Assembly (NCBI RefSeq): GCF_006345805.1
Contig: NC_042998.1
Coordinates: 89,838,001-89,902,000 of the forward strand
Direction of reading: 5' to 3'
Origin: Octopus sinensis
Lineage: Eukaryota
DNA: 64,000 nt
Below the pieces are notes generated by a model. It did no database searches. It was given only the letters and a program-made list of their open reading frames with translations, and was not told the origin of the DNA. Positions 1 to 13,275 of this stretch are shown one piece after another; positions within the stretch are counted from its first letter, which is position 1; every line of letters starts with the position of its first letter. A program made the translations under genes and the position numbers.

Positions 1-1309
1 ATAATAAAGGCATACATATATACATGTGTGCATATATATGTCAAACGATCATAAGATGCTTAAAATAAGTAATTCAAAACTTTTAAACTGTCATATATAT
101 TATATATTTCTAATTATACATATTTACATATATCTTTATACATATTCATAATTATTCATCTATATATTTTTAATACAATTATTTTTTGCACATGTATATC
201 TTTCTGAGGAGTTTTTATATTGATTTCCTAATATCAATAATATACTATTAAATATATATATATACACATATATATTAAATAAATACATAAATATATATAT
301 ATGTATATATTTATGTGTGTATATATATATATATGTGTGTGTAGGTATGTATGTATGTTTATGTATATGTGTGTGTATATATATATGTGTGTGTGTGTGT
401 ATATATCATCACCATTGTTTAACACCCTGTATATATATATATATATATATATTCATATATATATATATATCATCATTATCATCATCATCATCATACATAT
501 CATCATTGCCACCCTCTTCATTATATGTCTGCTTACGATACTGTAATACTATGGAGCAGGCAGATTGTCATGGTTCAGACCAGTTCTTATTTGGAGTTCA
601 TGCTTTCCTAAACATGAACTCCAATTTCATGTTTAGCTGAGCTAAAAACAAAAATAATTCTTGCTTATACATTTACATTTTTGGCATAGTTTCCACAACT
701 GGATTCCTCCTTTGTGTCAAATACTTTATAAAAGGTACTGTTGATAATGATGAAGAGAATGGTGAGGATGTACATGTGTATATGCAAACTTTTAAAATAT
801 AGCTTGATATATTACCACTAACAGATACTAGGCATGCTGCTGTAAATTTGGTTTCCAGTGTTTCTTTTGCTTTAACTTATCTATTTTTAAAAGCATTTTT
901 ACTGAATATATTTTTAAATATTCTTGCTGTTCATTTATTTTTCTTCTATGTAGTCATTTTATACTGCCAGATGTTATTTAAATGTTTGATATCTATTTTT
1001 TTTATTAAATATGGCATGCTGTTTTGCCTTTGGCTAACTGCTAACCTTTCTCTTTGTTTACTCCAGAGACATTTTTGTTTGTTGTGATATAAACACTCAT
1101 ACAATACTTTGTATTGTGTTTACAAATTGTTTATATATTACATGATTGCCACATGTTACAATTCTTTCCTGCCCCCACCCATCATTCATATATATATATT
1201 TGAGGCTATTTGTGCAAGTTTCATAAATTTAGGTAAACTACAAGATTACTGATATAATGTGATGATGAATAGATATGTACAAGGAGTATTATCTATACAT
1301 TATATAAAC

Positions 1310-1640
1310 TCAGTATGGCCAAATGTTTAAGAAGTCTGCATTGCAACCACAAGGTCCTGGGTTCAATTCCACAGTATGTTATCTTAGGTAAATGCCAGTT
1401 TTTACAGCCTTAAGCCAATCCATATCTTGTGAGTGAAATTATATAGGTGAAAACTGTGGAAGCTGGTCAAGTGGATTGCATCTATAACTGAAAGATACAT
1501 GCATATTCTATATGAAAATTATGTTAAGAGTACACATTCCTGTGAACTTGTCAACCCACTTACATACTAACTCAATGAGTAAATAATTCAGTTAATCATG
1601 TAACTGAATCCTTATTGTTGAAACTATTGGAGGCCCACCC
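1310..1640 (+). mobile_element. Degenerate tRNA-headed SINE (family B)
   Basis: Head tggccaaatgtttaagaagtctgcattgcaaccacaaggtcctgggttcaattcc with a B-box-like GGTTCAATTCC. Related copies lie at about 20860-21020 (-), 42675-42810 (+), 43790-44165 (+) and 53330-53420 (-). Confidence 0.6.
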
Positions 1641-1879
1641 ATCTATGTATATGTTTAGTAAAGGTATTCTTACTTTTACTATGAAATTAAGCTCTGTAAT
1701 CAAACCATATAGCTTTTAGTAGCATCAAATTCTTATTGAGTTAACTAGTTTCATCATACTTACCTCTCATCAGAATTCATTGTCTTTACCTTCCAAATGA
1801 TAGCAACAGAAAGCTATTTACTATCATGTAAGCAAGATTGAGGATGTCATTAGAAATTACGGGACCCAGCAAATAAAGT

Positions 1880-3465
1880 GAGTTCACTGCTTTAACCTAC
1901 ACCAGTGTCGCATAACCAGCCTACTCAAAAGTACCTTGGATCATAGGGTAACATGCCATGCTTGAGGAGACCTTCTTACTTACTAGAACTTTGGTCTTTG
2001 CAACATTGACTCTAAGACCCTTCAATTCTAAACCTTGCTTCCACACCTGAAATTTCTTCCCTAACTCTGGTAGTGATTCTTATATGACAGCCAGGTCATC
2101 AGCATAGAGGAGCTCTCAAGGGCAACCTGTCTTGAATTCTTCCGTTATTGCCTGGAGGACTATGATGAATAAGAGGGTGCTGAGAGCTGATCTTAGTGAA
2201 CCCCTGCTTCTACCCAGAATTCTTCACTATACTCATTGCCAACCCTAACCTTACTAATGGTATCTCTATATAGGGCCTGTACAGCCCTTATTAACCATTC
2301 ATCAGTCCCCAGTTGCAGCATCACCCACCAGATAAGGGATCAGGGGAACCTGTCAAAGGATTTCTCCATGTTTGCAAAAGCCAGGTATAGGAGTATTTGG
2401 CTAGGTATTTCTTCTGCAGTTGCCATACCAGAAATATAGCATCAGTAGTGCTTCTACTTGGCACAAAACTGAACTGCATCTCATCTAAGCAGACTCTCTC
2501 CCTACATCACCTGATCCAGCAGTTTGATACCCCTGTAGTTATTTCTATCTAGAGCATCACCTTTACCCTTGTAGCAGTTGACTATGGTGCTGCTAGGCCA
2601 GTCATTGGGTATGACTCCATCATGAACCACCTGGCTTACAATACAGGTGACTAGGCCATAGCCCACACCATCAGATGTTTTAAGCATCTCAGCAGTAATT
2701 CCTGATGGGCCGGGGGGCTTTTCCTGGTTTCATACCCTTAATTGCTTTATCTACCAGGGTGCTGTCTATTCGGATAGCTGGTCCCGCTGTTGGGGCAACA
2801 TTTGGCAGGCTCCCCTCCTCCCAATCATTCTCCACTTTCAGCAGTCTTTCATAATGACTTCCCCAAGCTTCTTTCTTTTCTGAATCATTAAAAGCAAGTG
2901 CACCATCATCCATATGGAGACATTTCCCTCCTGTGAAATCACAATTTTCTCTCACACACTGTCTTGCAATTCGAAATACTTCAGTTCTTTCATCGTCACA
3001 TCACTGGACATTGGCAAACTTCTTTTGCACTTCGCACTTGGCTATGTATACCTGTCGCCTAGCCTCCCTTCTCACTATCTAGTACAGTTCCCTGCTACCC
3101 CAACCCTTCCAGGCTTTCCAGGCTTGTTTCTTTGCTCTAATGGCTTTTTCTACTTTATCATTCTACCACCACGTTACTCTAGGTCTGGAAGGGACTTTGC
3201 ACCATCCACAGACTTGGTCTGTGGCACTCAGTAAGCTGTCCCACAGGAATTTCCAGTTACCTTCTATGTCCAAGGTCTGTAGCTCCTTCTCCCTCTCATC
3301 AAATTTCTTGATGAGGATGTCCCTAAATCTTTGACCATGTGAAGAGTTCTTTAGCTTCCAAATCCATCTTTTCTGGATTGATCTGCTTCTTGGCATAATT
3401 CTGGCCTCGAGTCTAAAGTCACTAATGACTAGTCTATGCTGGGGGTACATTCTTCACCAGGGAGG
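1880..3465 (-). mobile_element. Degenerate RTE-type LINE fragment (end of endonuclease, tether, start of RT)
   Basis: Broken minus-strand frames give QHRLVISDFRL, IPNDWPSSTIVNCYKGKGDALDRNNYRGIKLLDQVM and FANMEKSFDR, which are typical RTE ORF motifs. Several stops and frameshifts. Confidence 0.85.
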
Positions 3466-4183
3466 GTCTTTGTATTTAAGCTCATCTTTTTACATATATG
3501 TATAATATCCAATGAACTATTGGGTTATTATGGAACTAACTGATGGGCTTGTGTTTTTGTAGTTATTGTAGGGGTGAAGCACTGAAAAGGTTTCTCATTT
3601 CTCTTCCCAAAGATAGTTGAGTTTGAATTTTTAAGATCTTCTCATCAATTATGGAATACTTTCAGTGAACCACTTCACTTAACTTATTAACATGATAGAT
3701 GAGTGGCTTATTTTTGTTTTCAGAGATACATCATAGTCATCATAGTACTTATTATGTGTTATATGAATCTTGTTTATTATGTGTTATATGAATCTTGTTG
3801 ATTTGTCATTTTCAACATCATAAAGACAAGTTCAAGGATTCATGTGACTCATACAGTTAAGCTAATGAAACTTAAATCTTCAGAATAAGATATCCTACAT
3901 AAATTTGAATTTGGTACAGTAAGCCAATCAAATGCTCATTAATTGCATAGAATATGAAGTGCTGACTCCTTGACTAGTGTCCTATCAACTTGGTCAACCA
4001 TCTTTCAGTTCAATTGCCACATCTAATACTAAATTTGACTAAAAAACACACATTGATATATCATTATTATTTTTCTTGAAACTTACATAGTAACTATTTC
4101 ACATTTTACTGACAATTGCAAATATTTTTCACAAATTTTATCAATGTAATGATTTTTATGGGGTTTCTAATTATTTTTTTCAG

Positions 4184-4222
4184 TATCTGAATCGCATCCC
4201 ACTACCAGTTCCAAAACCATCT
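4184..4222 (+). CDS. COL15A1/COL18A1: Multiplexin (collagen XV/XVIII-like) 39-nt exon, end of NC1 trimerization domain / start of hinge (YLNRIPLPVPKPS)
   Basis: Acceptor ttattttttttcag, donor gtaagt, phase 0-0, no stop. The peptide resembles the end of the vertebrate NC1 trimerization region (COL15 LGELIPIP, COL18 LEARTPLP, from memory) and reads in frame with the downstream exons. Confidence 0.75.
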
Positions 4223-4426
4223 GTAAGTATATCAACATTTCTTTGAAGGTTCGATACTTTCTGTATTAGATAGTTCACATAATCTCAAATTGAAGCACAA
4301 CATCACATCAACTTTGTTACAAAACTGATGCCAAAATTTCTGATTGCACACATATCATGGGCATGTTATGAATTCATTCAATGCTTTTCAATGCATCTAT
4401 AGCTAGTAGAAATAGAAAGTTTTGTT

Positions 4427-4429
<3 letters not shown>

Positions 4430-4469
<40 letters not shown>

Positions 4470-4504
4470 CAATACTTGTTATAATAAAAATGATAATAAT
4501 AATA

Positions 4505-4560
<56 letters not shown>
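4430..4560. repeat. (AAT)n microsatellite; a further (AAT)n/(AAC)n tract lies at about 4867-4935
   Basis: Read directly from the sequence. Confidence 0.95.
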
Positions 4561-4561
<1 letters not shown>

Positions 4562-4862
4562 GAAGCTTAGCCAATGCCCAAAAGTGATTACAAATCAGTA
4601 TGACATATAAAGTATACAAATCAATAGAAAATATTATGTAGTAATCATAATTCTAATAACCATACAGCATATTTACTTGTGACATTACTTCAGCTGACTA
4701 CTGAAACCATGATGCAGTTTTAGATTGGTAAGAGTCTGCTTTTACTTTGTTGTATTCTCTTACTATTGTAATTCTGTTGATTTCATTCCCCAGATGGAAC
4801 AGTATCATATATGTTGCAATTGATGCCCCTGAGAAATCTATTAGTATATTAGTTGCCCTACT

Positions 4863-4923
<61 letters not shown>

Positions 4924-6959
4924 CAACAACAACAATTTCTCTATTTGCCACATTTGCCACAAAGGTGACAAATGAGAGACATTATAAAGATAGATTATGA
5001 AAACAGTGGTGGGGTGTCACTTTGTGACAAAAAATGCTACATGTGTTGAAAGGACAAAAAACTATGAAATATAAAAATGTAAAAATATGTGATGCATATA
5101 CTCTAAAAAGAAGACAGTTATTTAGAAGAAACTAGACCAATACATGCTGACACCAATATTATCACCTTAATTTTTCTATCTGTGCCAAAAGTTAGTGTCT
5201 TACTATTTAACATTGTTGGTTCAGATTGTTCCAATATTAAAGGTTATGAAACAATTTAATTTTGAGGAATAGCATCTTGTATTTCATGTATGTTAAAATT
5301 GTTTTTTAGTTGCTATTTGCTTCCCTCATGATTAATTCTACAGATGTGTCGTTGTCAGCTAGCTGAATTATTCTAATGCATGGTTGCAAAATTCTTATAA
5401 AAGAATTGTTAAATGTACTCTTTATTCTTATTGTACATATTTTGTTCACTAACATGTGCTGTTATTACAGATCTGGTAGGAAACAGAATAAAATACAAAA
5501 CTCATATTATTTATCTTCTGTTGCATTTATCTATAATTGCAAGCATACAGTTTAGATACATTTTTTTTTATTATGTAAACAATTAATATCACCTATCCTT
5601 TGTCATATTTCATCAAAACAACTTCTTAAAATTATAACTAACTATAGATATTTATTGTGTAGATTTCATAATATAGCATTGATAATCAATTTGAAAGTTA
5701 ACCTATTATTTTTTTACAATGACACTGTTTCATGTTCACATTTACCAATTTGCAAAACTAAGATGGCTTTTTTCTGGCTTTCAGTATGTGCAATTAATCA
5801 AGGGTTTAGCTTTATGATCAGTTTTTTTTTAGAATATGTATAGAAAGATTTATTTTCTTGCTCAATGCACTTAAATGCTGATAACCAATTTCATAATGTT
5901 CTAGGAGATTAAATCTGGCAGAAAAACAAGAATGGTAACTGTTTTGAAAACTCTTCCTTACTTGCTAGTTCATTATGAACCAGCAAGTTGAATGTAATAT
6001 TTACCAAGGTCAGAAATTAACAAACATGTTTATCAGAATACAAGAATCTTTCACTGAAAACTTAGACTTTTAATACTTTTTAACATTTTAATATTTTAAT
6101 ACTTTGATGTTAAATTTAAATTGTGAAAAAACTATATAAATTTGTACAGATCAAATAAGTGGATTGTAATATTGTAAAACCATTTCAATCCTACACTGGA
6201 AAACATTATTCTGATAACATAGTTTATTACTTTCAGACAGCTTAACCTGGAAATTGAGCAATTAAAAGATGTACCAGAAAATTGTCAATTATTGCCTACA
6301 TATATTCATTTTAGGAACTTAATAGATTTAAAGCCAGGTACTGGTTATCGGAAACAAATTTAACTCAGTAAAATTATTATACAGATAGAGTCTCAAGGTA
6401 TCAGGGAGGTGGGAGCTAGTTCTTTGATTAATAAAGCTTTGTATACTACATACTAAGAAACAATTACATTGTCAGTGTATAGTAAAAATTAAGGCTAAAA
6501 TCACTCATTAATTTAACTCATAGAATATTTTATAGCTTATTGTTCCCTTTGTAAAAAAGGTTTGTTTTGAACCTTTCTGAAAATGAAATATGTAAAATAT
6601 CAATTAAAATTCACAACTGGTTTTTATTAAATATATATTTCATAGATAAAACATCAAACATTGCCAAGCACTGTATGAAGTAAGCTCATTATTATTATTA
6701 TATTATATATTCTAGATACACAGGTCATTACATAGCTACTCAAACTGCTAGAATTAACTGCTAAATTCTTTAAAATCACAACTTAATGACTAAAGACTAG
6801 ACATTTACTTAATGATGGCATATATAATTTTAAGTCTTGAAATCAACAACATTAATTGACCCTCAACTTATTTTGAGATTTTTCTTTCATCTTTTATCTT
6901 TATTAATTTTGGCCAGAGACTGAGGCCAAGTTGAGTAATGATTTTTGGTGTGTTTGGGT

Positions 6960-7900
6960 TTCTTTTCTGCATTATTTCTGGCGAAGTAGTGAGTTGCACA
7001 GAGCTGCTCTTCTTGGTGGCTTCTGCTATGATGTGGGTTAATCTGGTATCTCACATTAGAATTTGTTCAGATGTTCTTAGAAGAGCTCCACATCTACAAT
7101 TCACAAATCTCTGAGGTTGTTTGGCAGAATGTTGAATAGTTGTGAACCCTTGAAAACCCAAGCTGTTATAGTACTGGGTCTTTATTCTTGATGAAGAAGA
7201 CAGGATCTTTGGTACTATGTTGTGCCATCCAGTTCAGTGGTTAGTATGGCTTTCAGTTCCAAAGCTGGGAGCTTGACCTTTCAGGATCTTCCCTATATGT
7301 ATCACTGCATATTTTTCATGCCTTCTTTAGGGAGTAGAGCTTCAGTTCCTTTCCCAGTTGCATTGAGTTTATCTATTTATCTATTTTGCTTAGTAGTCCT
7401 GAATTGCCTTGAGTTCTACCGTCAGTTTGATGATCTGCAGTGACCACAGTTGGGATCAGTAATCCAGATAACTGAGAACAAAAGTTTTCCATGGGAGTAG
7501 CATGGTATTCTTTTTCTTGGTTCTGAATGATCTCAGAATTTTGGAATTATATATTTAGTTCTTTGTTTGTCCTCCTGGGGTCAGCAGTTAGTGAGCCACT
7601 TTTTTCAATGGCCCTATCTTGTAACATAGTAAGGCAGATTCTTTCATAAACTTGTAAAAGGCTCTAGGATTTATTTTTATATTTTCCACCAACTTGCTTT
7701 CTCTTTCTTCCCCTTCCTTTTCATGGGAGAGTGAGTTTATGTTTTGTCTCTAAGAGCACCTCTTTGAGGTGGAATTTCTTACTATCATTAAGTTGTTTAT
7801 TTAAGCCATTTGAGATTTATATTCTCCAGCTCATAAAGACTCTCATGTCTTGGCGAATGAAGTTTTGGTTTTCATTTTTTGTAATAGACACATTTTTAGA
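6960..7900 (-). mobile_element. Highly degenerate CR1/L2-type LINE 3' fragment
   Basis: Minus-strand remnants RRHEKYAVIHIGKILKGQAPSFG and RIKTQYYNSLGFQG resemble the CR1 ORF2 C-terminus (SLERRRERYxIIYxWKIL; consensus from memory). Many stops. Confidence 0.55.
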
Positions 7901-10413
7901 ATGTTAACTCATTTACAAAGATAAAAATCAACTTTGAAACTGCCCCAATCAAACCAGTCTTTCTTATCTCAAAATACCTCCACATTTCTCTGATTAAAAG
8001 AACATTCATAATCTATAGGAAGTACCCTTCCTTTTCAGAAACAGTAATTAGATTTTTAAAAATACATATATGAACAAGTATTTTTGCATATTAAAAATTT
8101 CCTGTCTGAAACATCAACATTGTTATGATGATGATATTTAATATTTGATAGTCACCACATAACTAATTATGAATATATACCTTCAGAAAGTACATTGAGG
8201 TGCTGTGCAAATCACATGTAATTCATTGATTGCAGTATTGAACTCAAATACTCCAATTAATAAATACTCTTGATGGCCAAAATTTTGATTCCCAGAAGGA
8301 AAAAATGGCATATCTTCCAGCACATCAGTGGACAAAGAAGAAAATAGAATCAAGTAAAATAAAGGGGATAACAGAAATAAGTAACCCTAATATAAATTGA
8401 GTATATGAATGCCCAACTGCATAAATACATATGTTTATCCTCCCTTTTTTTCTTTTTGCTAGCATAGAATATTGTGACCGATCAGAAAATAATTGCATTA
8501 TTAAAAATTGTTAATTAGCCAAACCGTAAATAGAGTCAGTTGCTTGGCATTGATACCAATCAATAAGTGATAATAGGATGTGGGAGAACTGAGTGGTTAT
8601 GATATGCTTACCCCTTCCTAAAACTCTATCAGTGACAAAATTGCTACAATTACTTAATCAATAATAACCATAAATTTTATATAGAGAATTCATCTTAAAT
8701 TTAAATAATACCAAACAAGTTATATGCCTTTTAATTTTATTTTCAAGATCTGATTTTCTTTTTATTCAATTTATTCATCTATTTATATATTAACTTATAT
8801 AGAAATTTCTGCAAGTGCTGCTCTTGCAGATTGCTGACGTAGTGGATCGATGTACCAGTAATACATAGCTAATATATTTTTCTTTAATATTTAATATTGA
8901 TATTTTCTGGTAATCTTCTAATTGTATCATTGATAAACCAGGTTAAGCTTAATACCTAACAACCATCATGAGAGCATGTTTCAACTGACGGAATGTTAAT
9001 TTATGTCTATTTATTTTATATTAGATCAATGTATCTGTGTGCTAATTTTATTTCATAGAATCATATATTTCTTTCTCTTTTTCTCTCTCTTTCTTTCTTT
9101 CTCTTAGATTTTCTTTCTGTCTCAAATATTGTCTGCTTATTCAATACCTGACCTCCAACAAATGTCGTAGATAGCCTAAGAACAATATTTTCAGTAGTCT
9201 TCATTGTCATCATTCTAGTTATAGTTTGCTTCAGTTTGCTTTTTTTATTTGTTTGCTATGTTGTATGAGTATGTATGTGAGAGTGAAAATTTAAGATATC
9301 AAGCAAGCTGCTATCTATTTATCTCTCAAAATGTAATAATCAATGCCTTTATTTTCCCTAAGCAGATTATCCATGAGTGGTTACTTTAAAGATGTCTATT
9401 GTATGGCTCACTTAACTTTATCCAATAGTAGGATTTGCCAGCTATTCAATGATGTCCTTCTCTTCACATATTTGCATCAGTGACCATGGGCCTGCATACT
9501 TAAGTTTGAAACTTCATGATTTTTCATGGGAAAGATATAGCAATGATTTCTAGTTGCTCTCTTCCAGTTTATTTAAAGTTTACTCTGCTCATCTCCTATT
9601 CTCATGAGCATACCCTTGAGCCACAGAGTATATTTAATCGTTAGACAGTAGAATTGGTTCATGTGATATCAAGGCAACTTTACACATTGGTAAATCAATT
9701 TGATACACTTCAAGGGACTGGCATTTTTCCTACTCCTGTATATCTTAGTCACAAAACATCTTCTGCTAATTACCCAGTAAGTGGGACCTTAGATAGGTAT
9801 TACTGCCCCCAGGCCCAAATGGATTCAGAAGTAGGAGTAGCAAAGGGGTTACTCCATACACTTCAAAACTCTTAAATATGAACTTGATGTAATCAGAGTC
9901 ATTTTAACAGCATTACAGGCCTCCAGTGCATTACAGAATCAATGTGCCCATGCTTCAAGACAGCCCTAATGCAATTTAAAACCTTACCTAGTGCAAATCC
10001 CTCAGTAGTATCACTAAAAGTAAAGGAAATATTTTAATACTGAAAATATGTTTATATAAAAGAAAATCAACTTGTCTATAAAAAATATATGGAATTCTTG
10101 TCATAAATATGTGATAGGTTTGAGTATCTAAAGAACTGAAGGAAATCAACTATGCTTGAGATAAAAGTATTTTTGTCTTTTTTATTTAGTGTGCCCAAAG
10201 AGGAGTATTTGTGTGGGTGTTGTATAGTTGTACAACCAACAATATTTGTCAGTAGAAAGTTTTCTTTTTCTTCATTCAGAAGTTGTATAAAAAAAAATGT
10301 GCTAATAATATAGTGGACTACTCCTGTTGATATTTCTTCCACTTAAAATTTTCATTTCTTTCTCTCCTTCTTTCCCTTTCTCTCTCTTGACATTATGTGT
10401 GTGTATGTGTGTA

Positions 10414-10452
<39 letters not shown>

Positions 10453-10521
10453 ATGTAGATAAATAGATATGAATATAGACATAGATATAACTATAGGTAC
10501 ATATATGGTATAATATTTATA

Positions 10522-10571
<50 letters not shown>

Positions 10572-10575
<4 letters not shown>

Positions 10576-11277
10576 ATTATTCAGTTTTATTTAAAGATTT
10601 TTTGCCAATAGAGAAAGAACCGGTTTCTAATCTAGACCCAAGGCTACCTTCATTCAAATTTCAACATCAACAAGGTATTTTTGTATGTATGTATATGTGC
10701 ATATTTGTATGTTTAGTTTTATGTATGTATTCTCATACATATAGTTACATGTCTAGACATGCTCATATATACTTAAATGATAAACTTCTGGAAAGTTTTA
10801 CAGATTTTTACAATTCCAGTGATGGATTGGATCTGTAGTCTTTGAATCAGCTGGTTCCTTTCTGTTTTTGAGAAGTCTAATTTCTCAAGATTGGTATTTA
10901 GGCAGTGTGTTAAATATCCCAGTGCCCCAACAATTACAGGTATAAACCTGAACTTGTAATCTGGGTAGAGTAGCTGTAGGTTCCTCAATAGTTCAGCATA
11001 GGTATTTTCTTTTTTGCTGATTTTTAGCTTTATGTTAACATCTGCTGGGCAGCTGATTTCCACAACTGTACACAGTTTGTCTTCTCTGTCCAAAACCACT
11101 ATGTCATATCTATCATGTTTACATTTTATTGAGGTTTTCACTGGGCTATTCCACCCATACTCCACTTTATTATGAGTGGCTATAGCTTCTACCATACTGT
11201 AGGTTCTTATTTCTTTGTCCTTGGGGTTATCCTTCCAACAGATCTCATTATACAGTGCCCTAGCTACATCATGTTAG
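10572..11277 (-). mobile_element. 5'-truncated R4/Dong-type (restriction-like endonuclease) non-LTR retrotransposon with 3' UTR ending at (TA)n
   Basis: ORF 10773-11195 has RYDIVVLDREDKLCTVVEISCP...KENTYAEL...IPVIVGALG, the PD-(D/E)xK RLE C-terminus. HDVARALYNEIC lies upstream. The 3' UTR abuts the (TA)n tract at about 10525-10572. Confidence 0.85.
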
Positions 11278-11428
11278 CTGATTTTGTTTAATAAAAAATA
11301 ACCTAAGCTTTAGCATCATCTTCAAAATAGTCATCTTGTGCAGTAAAATTATGTCAGGTCTGTTATGTTTGCATTTTATTGAGGTTTTTACTGACACATT
11401 CCACCAATAGTCCTTTTTATTATGAGTA

Positions 11429-12213
11429 GTGTTCCTGCCACTTTTGGAATCCCACCTGGAAGTCGTTTTCTATTAGTGAGTCAAGGACCTTCTGTGAATC
11501 ACTCTGGATCTCATGAATGGTGTTAAAACAGTGATCTTTGAACTTCATTTTCATCTTGGAGAAGAGATGGAAGTCTGCAGGTGCTAAATTCGGCAAATAG
11601 GATGGGTATGGAAGTGACACCATGTTGTTTTTGGCAAGAAACTCATAAGTAAGGAGAGTTTGGTGACAGGGTGTAATGTAGTCATGAAGAATTCACTTCT
11701 TCACACCCCACAGATCTGGTCACTTTCACCAAATGTCCTCCCTCAAATGCTTCAAAAACATCACAGTAGAACTCTCAATTGACGGTATGGTATTGATGTA
11801 CAATATCATATTTCTGGGGTGGAACTCATGGTAGGTCTTCCAGATTGCTCTTCGTCTTCCAGGGATGTTCTTCACTTTTGAAGTGCCTGTACCACTCAAA
11901 ATATTGCATACAACCCTTTGCGTCATTGCTGTAAGCTTGCTGAAGCATGCCAGATGTCTCTGTAGCAGACTTCCCAAGTTTAACACAAAATTTCACGTTG
12001 GTTCTTTGTTCCTGTCCATGACAAAATCACAGGCAACAGCATACATGTGATCATGAAAACACAAATTTCACAACTTGCGAAGTAAACACAGCAATGTCAC
12101 TTGGCACACTACTTCCTAAAGTTCACTGCAGCTCTCACTGTGCATGCAACCATGGGCTGCCATCTATTGGCACTCTACAGAAGTAGTCTGGGAACTTTTG
12201 GATACCACCTTGT
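11429..12213 (-). mobile_element. Mariner (Tc1/mariner) transposon remnant
   Basis: PYPSYLPNLAPADFHLFSKMK is a degenerate YSPDLAPxDFxLFxKLK, and FLKHLREDIW is also mariner-like. The terminus on the - strand, caaggtggtatccaaaagttcccagact, resembles a mariner TIR. Confidence 0.85.
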
Positions 12214-12289
12214 GTGTGTGAGTGTGTGTGTGTGTGTGTATCTTAGGGGTCCCAAATTGGAATGTTGCATTTCATGTAATGAGTTCAAA

Positions 12290-13000
12290 TCAGTATTAAA
12301 CATATCCTAAGTATATTTATTTATTGAAAATATAATTGCCATCGTTAGAAATAACATTTTCTCATCTTGAAACCAGTTATCTGATTCTTCAACCATAAAA
12401 ATCAGTTTCTTTACAAGAGAAAAATATTTGGAGTACTGTTTAAACATCATTCCAGCTTCTGGATGTTTTTCCACTAGTAAAATGTTCAGTTGACCTGAAT
12501 AAGGAAAATTCTGATGGTACTAGATTTGGTGAGTAGGGATGTTGAGTTAGAGCTTCTAAACCTAATGAATACCTCTTTTTTGGGTTATCATCATTGATTG
12601 TGTCCTTTATTCTTGGGGTAAAGCTCATGGGGTACCCACTTCTCCTCCCTATATCTGCTTGTGATGATTGTGCACTGCAGACCATGGTTTATTAAACTTC
12701 TAGGATAAGTCCCCAATTCTTTACCCCAGATCCTTTTCAATTGCTGTTTTCACTGCATCATTATTGAGAAGAGTAGGTCAACCTGATTGATAGCCATCCA
12801 AAAGACTGAAGTCACCATTTTAAAATTTGTTAAACCACCTTCGGCATTTCCAAACACTTTTCTTGCACATATTGCATTGTTGTCATTACAAAATTTGTAA
12901 AACATACAATGCTAAATATCAGCTTGCTAAAGTCTTTGGCTTCCATGGGCTATTAGATATGGTATACATACAAACAGTACATGTATTCATTAACATTTGG
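12290..13000 (-). mobile_element. Second, distinct mariner remnant (Hsmar/cecropia-like)
   Basis: HPYSPNLVPSEFSLFRSTEHFTSGK (YSPDLAPSDY-type motif) plus an upstream FNKFKNGDFSL-type HTH remnant. Frameshifted. Confidence 0.75.
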
Positions 13001-13124
13001 TCATGAAATCTATGCCAGTTAGTTGATGGCAAGGATTGCTTTTATTGGTTAATAAGGTATTCATGGATGATGTCAGGCTATTTGCTTAAAAATATGACAA
13101 TTCAGAACCCCTAATATAGATAGG

Positions 13125-13275
<151 letters not shown>

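Noticed and set aside
1-4183. Upstream multiplexin exons (Gly-X-Y collagen repeats, body of the trimerization domain)
   Set aside because: I found no Gly-X-Y frame or trimerization motif, so they presumably lie upstream of the window.
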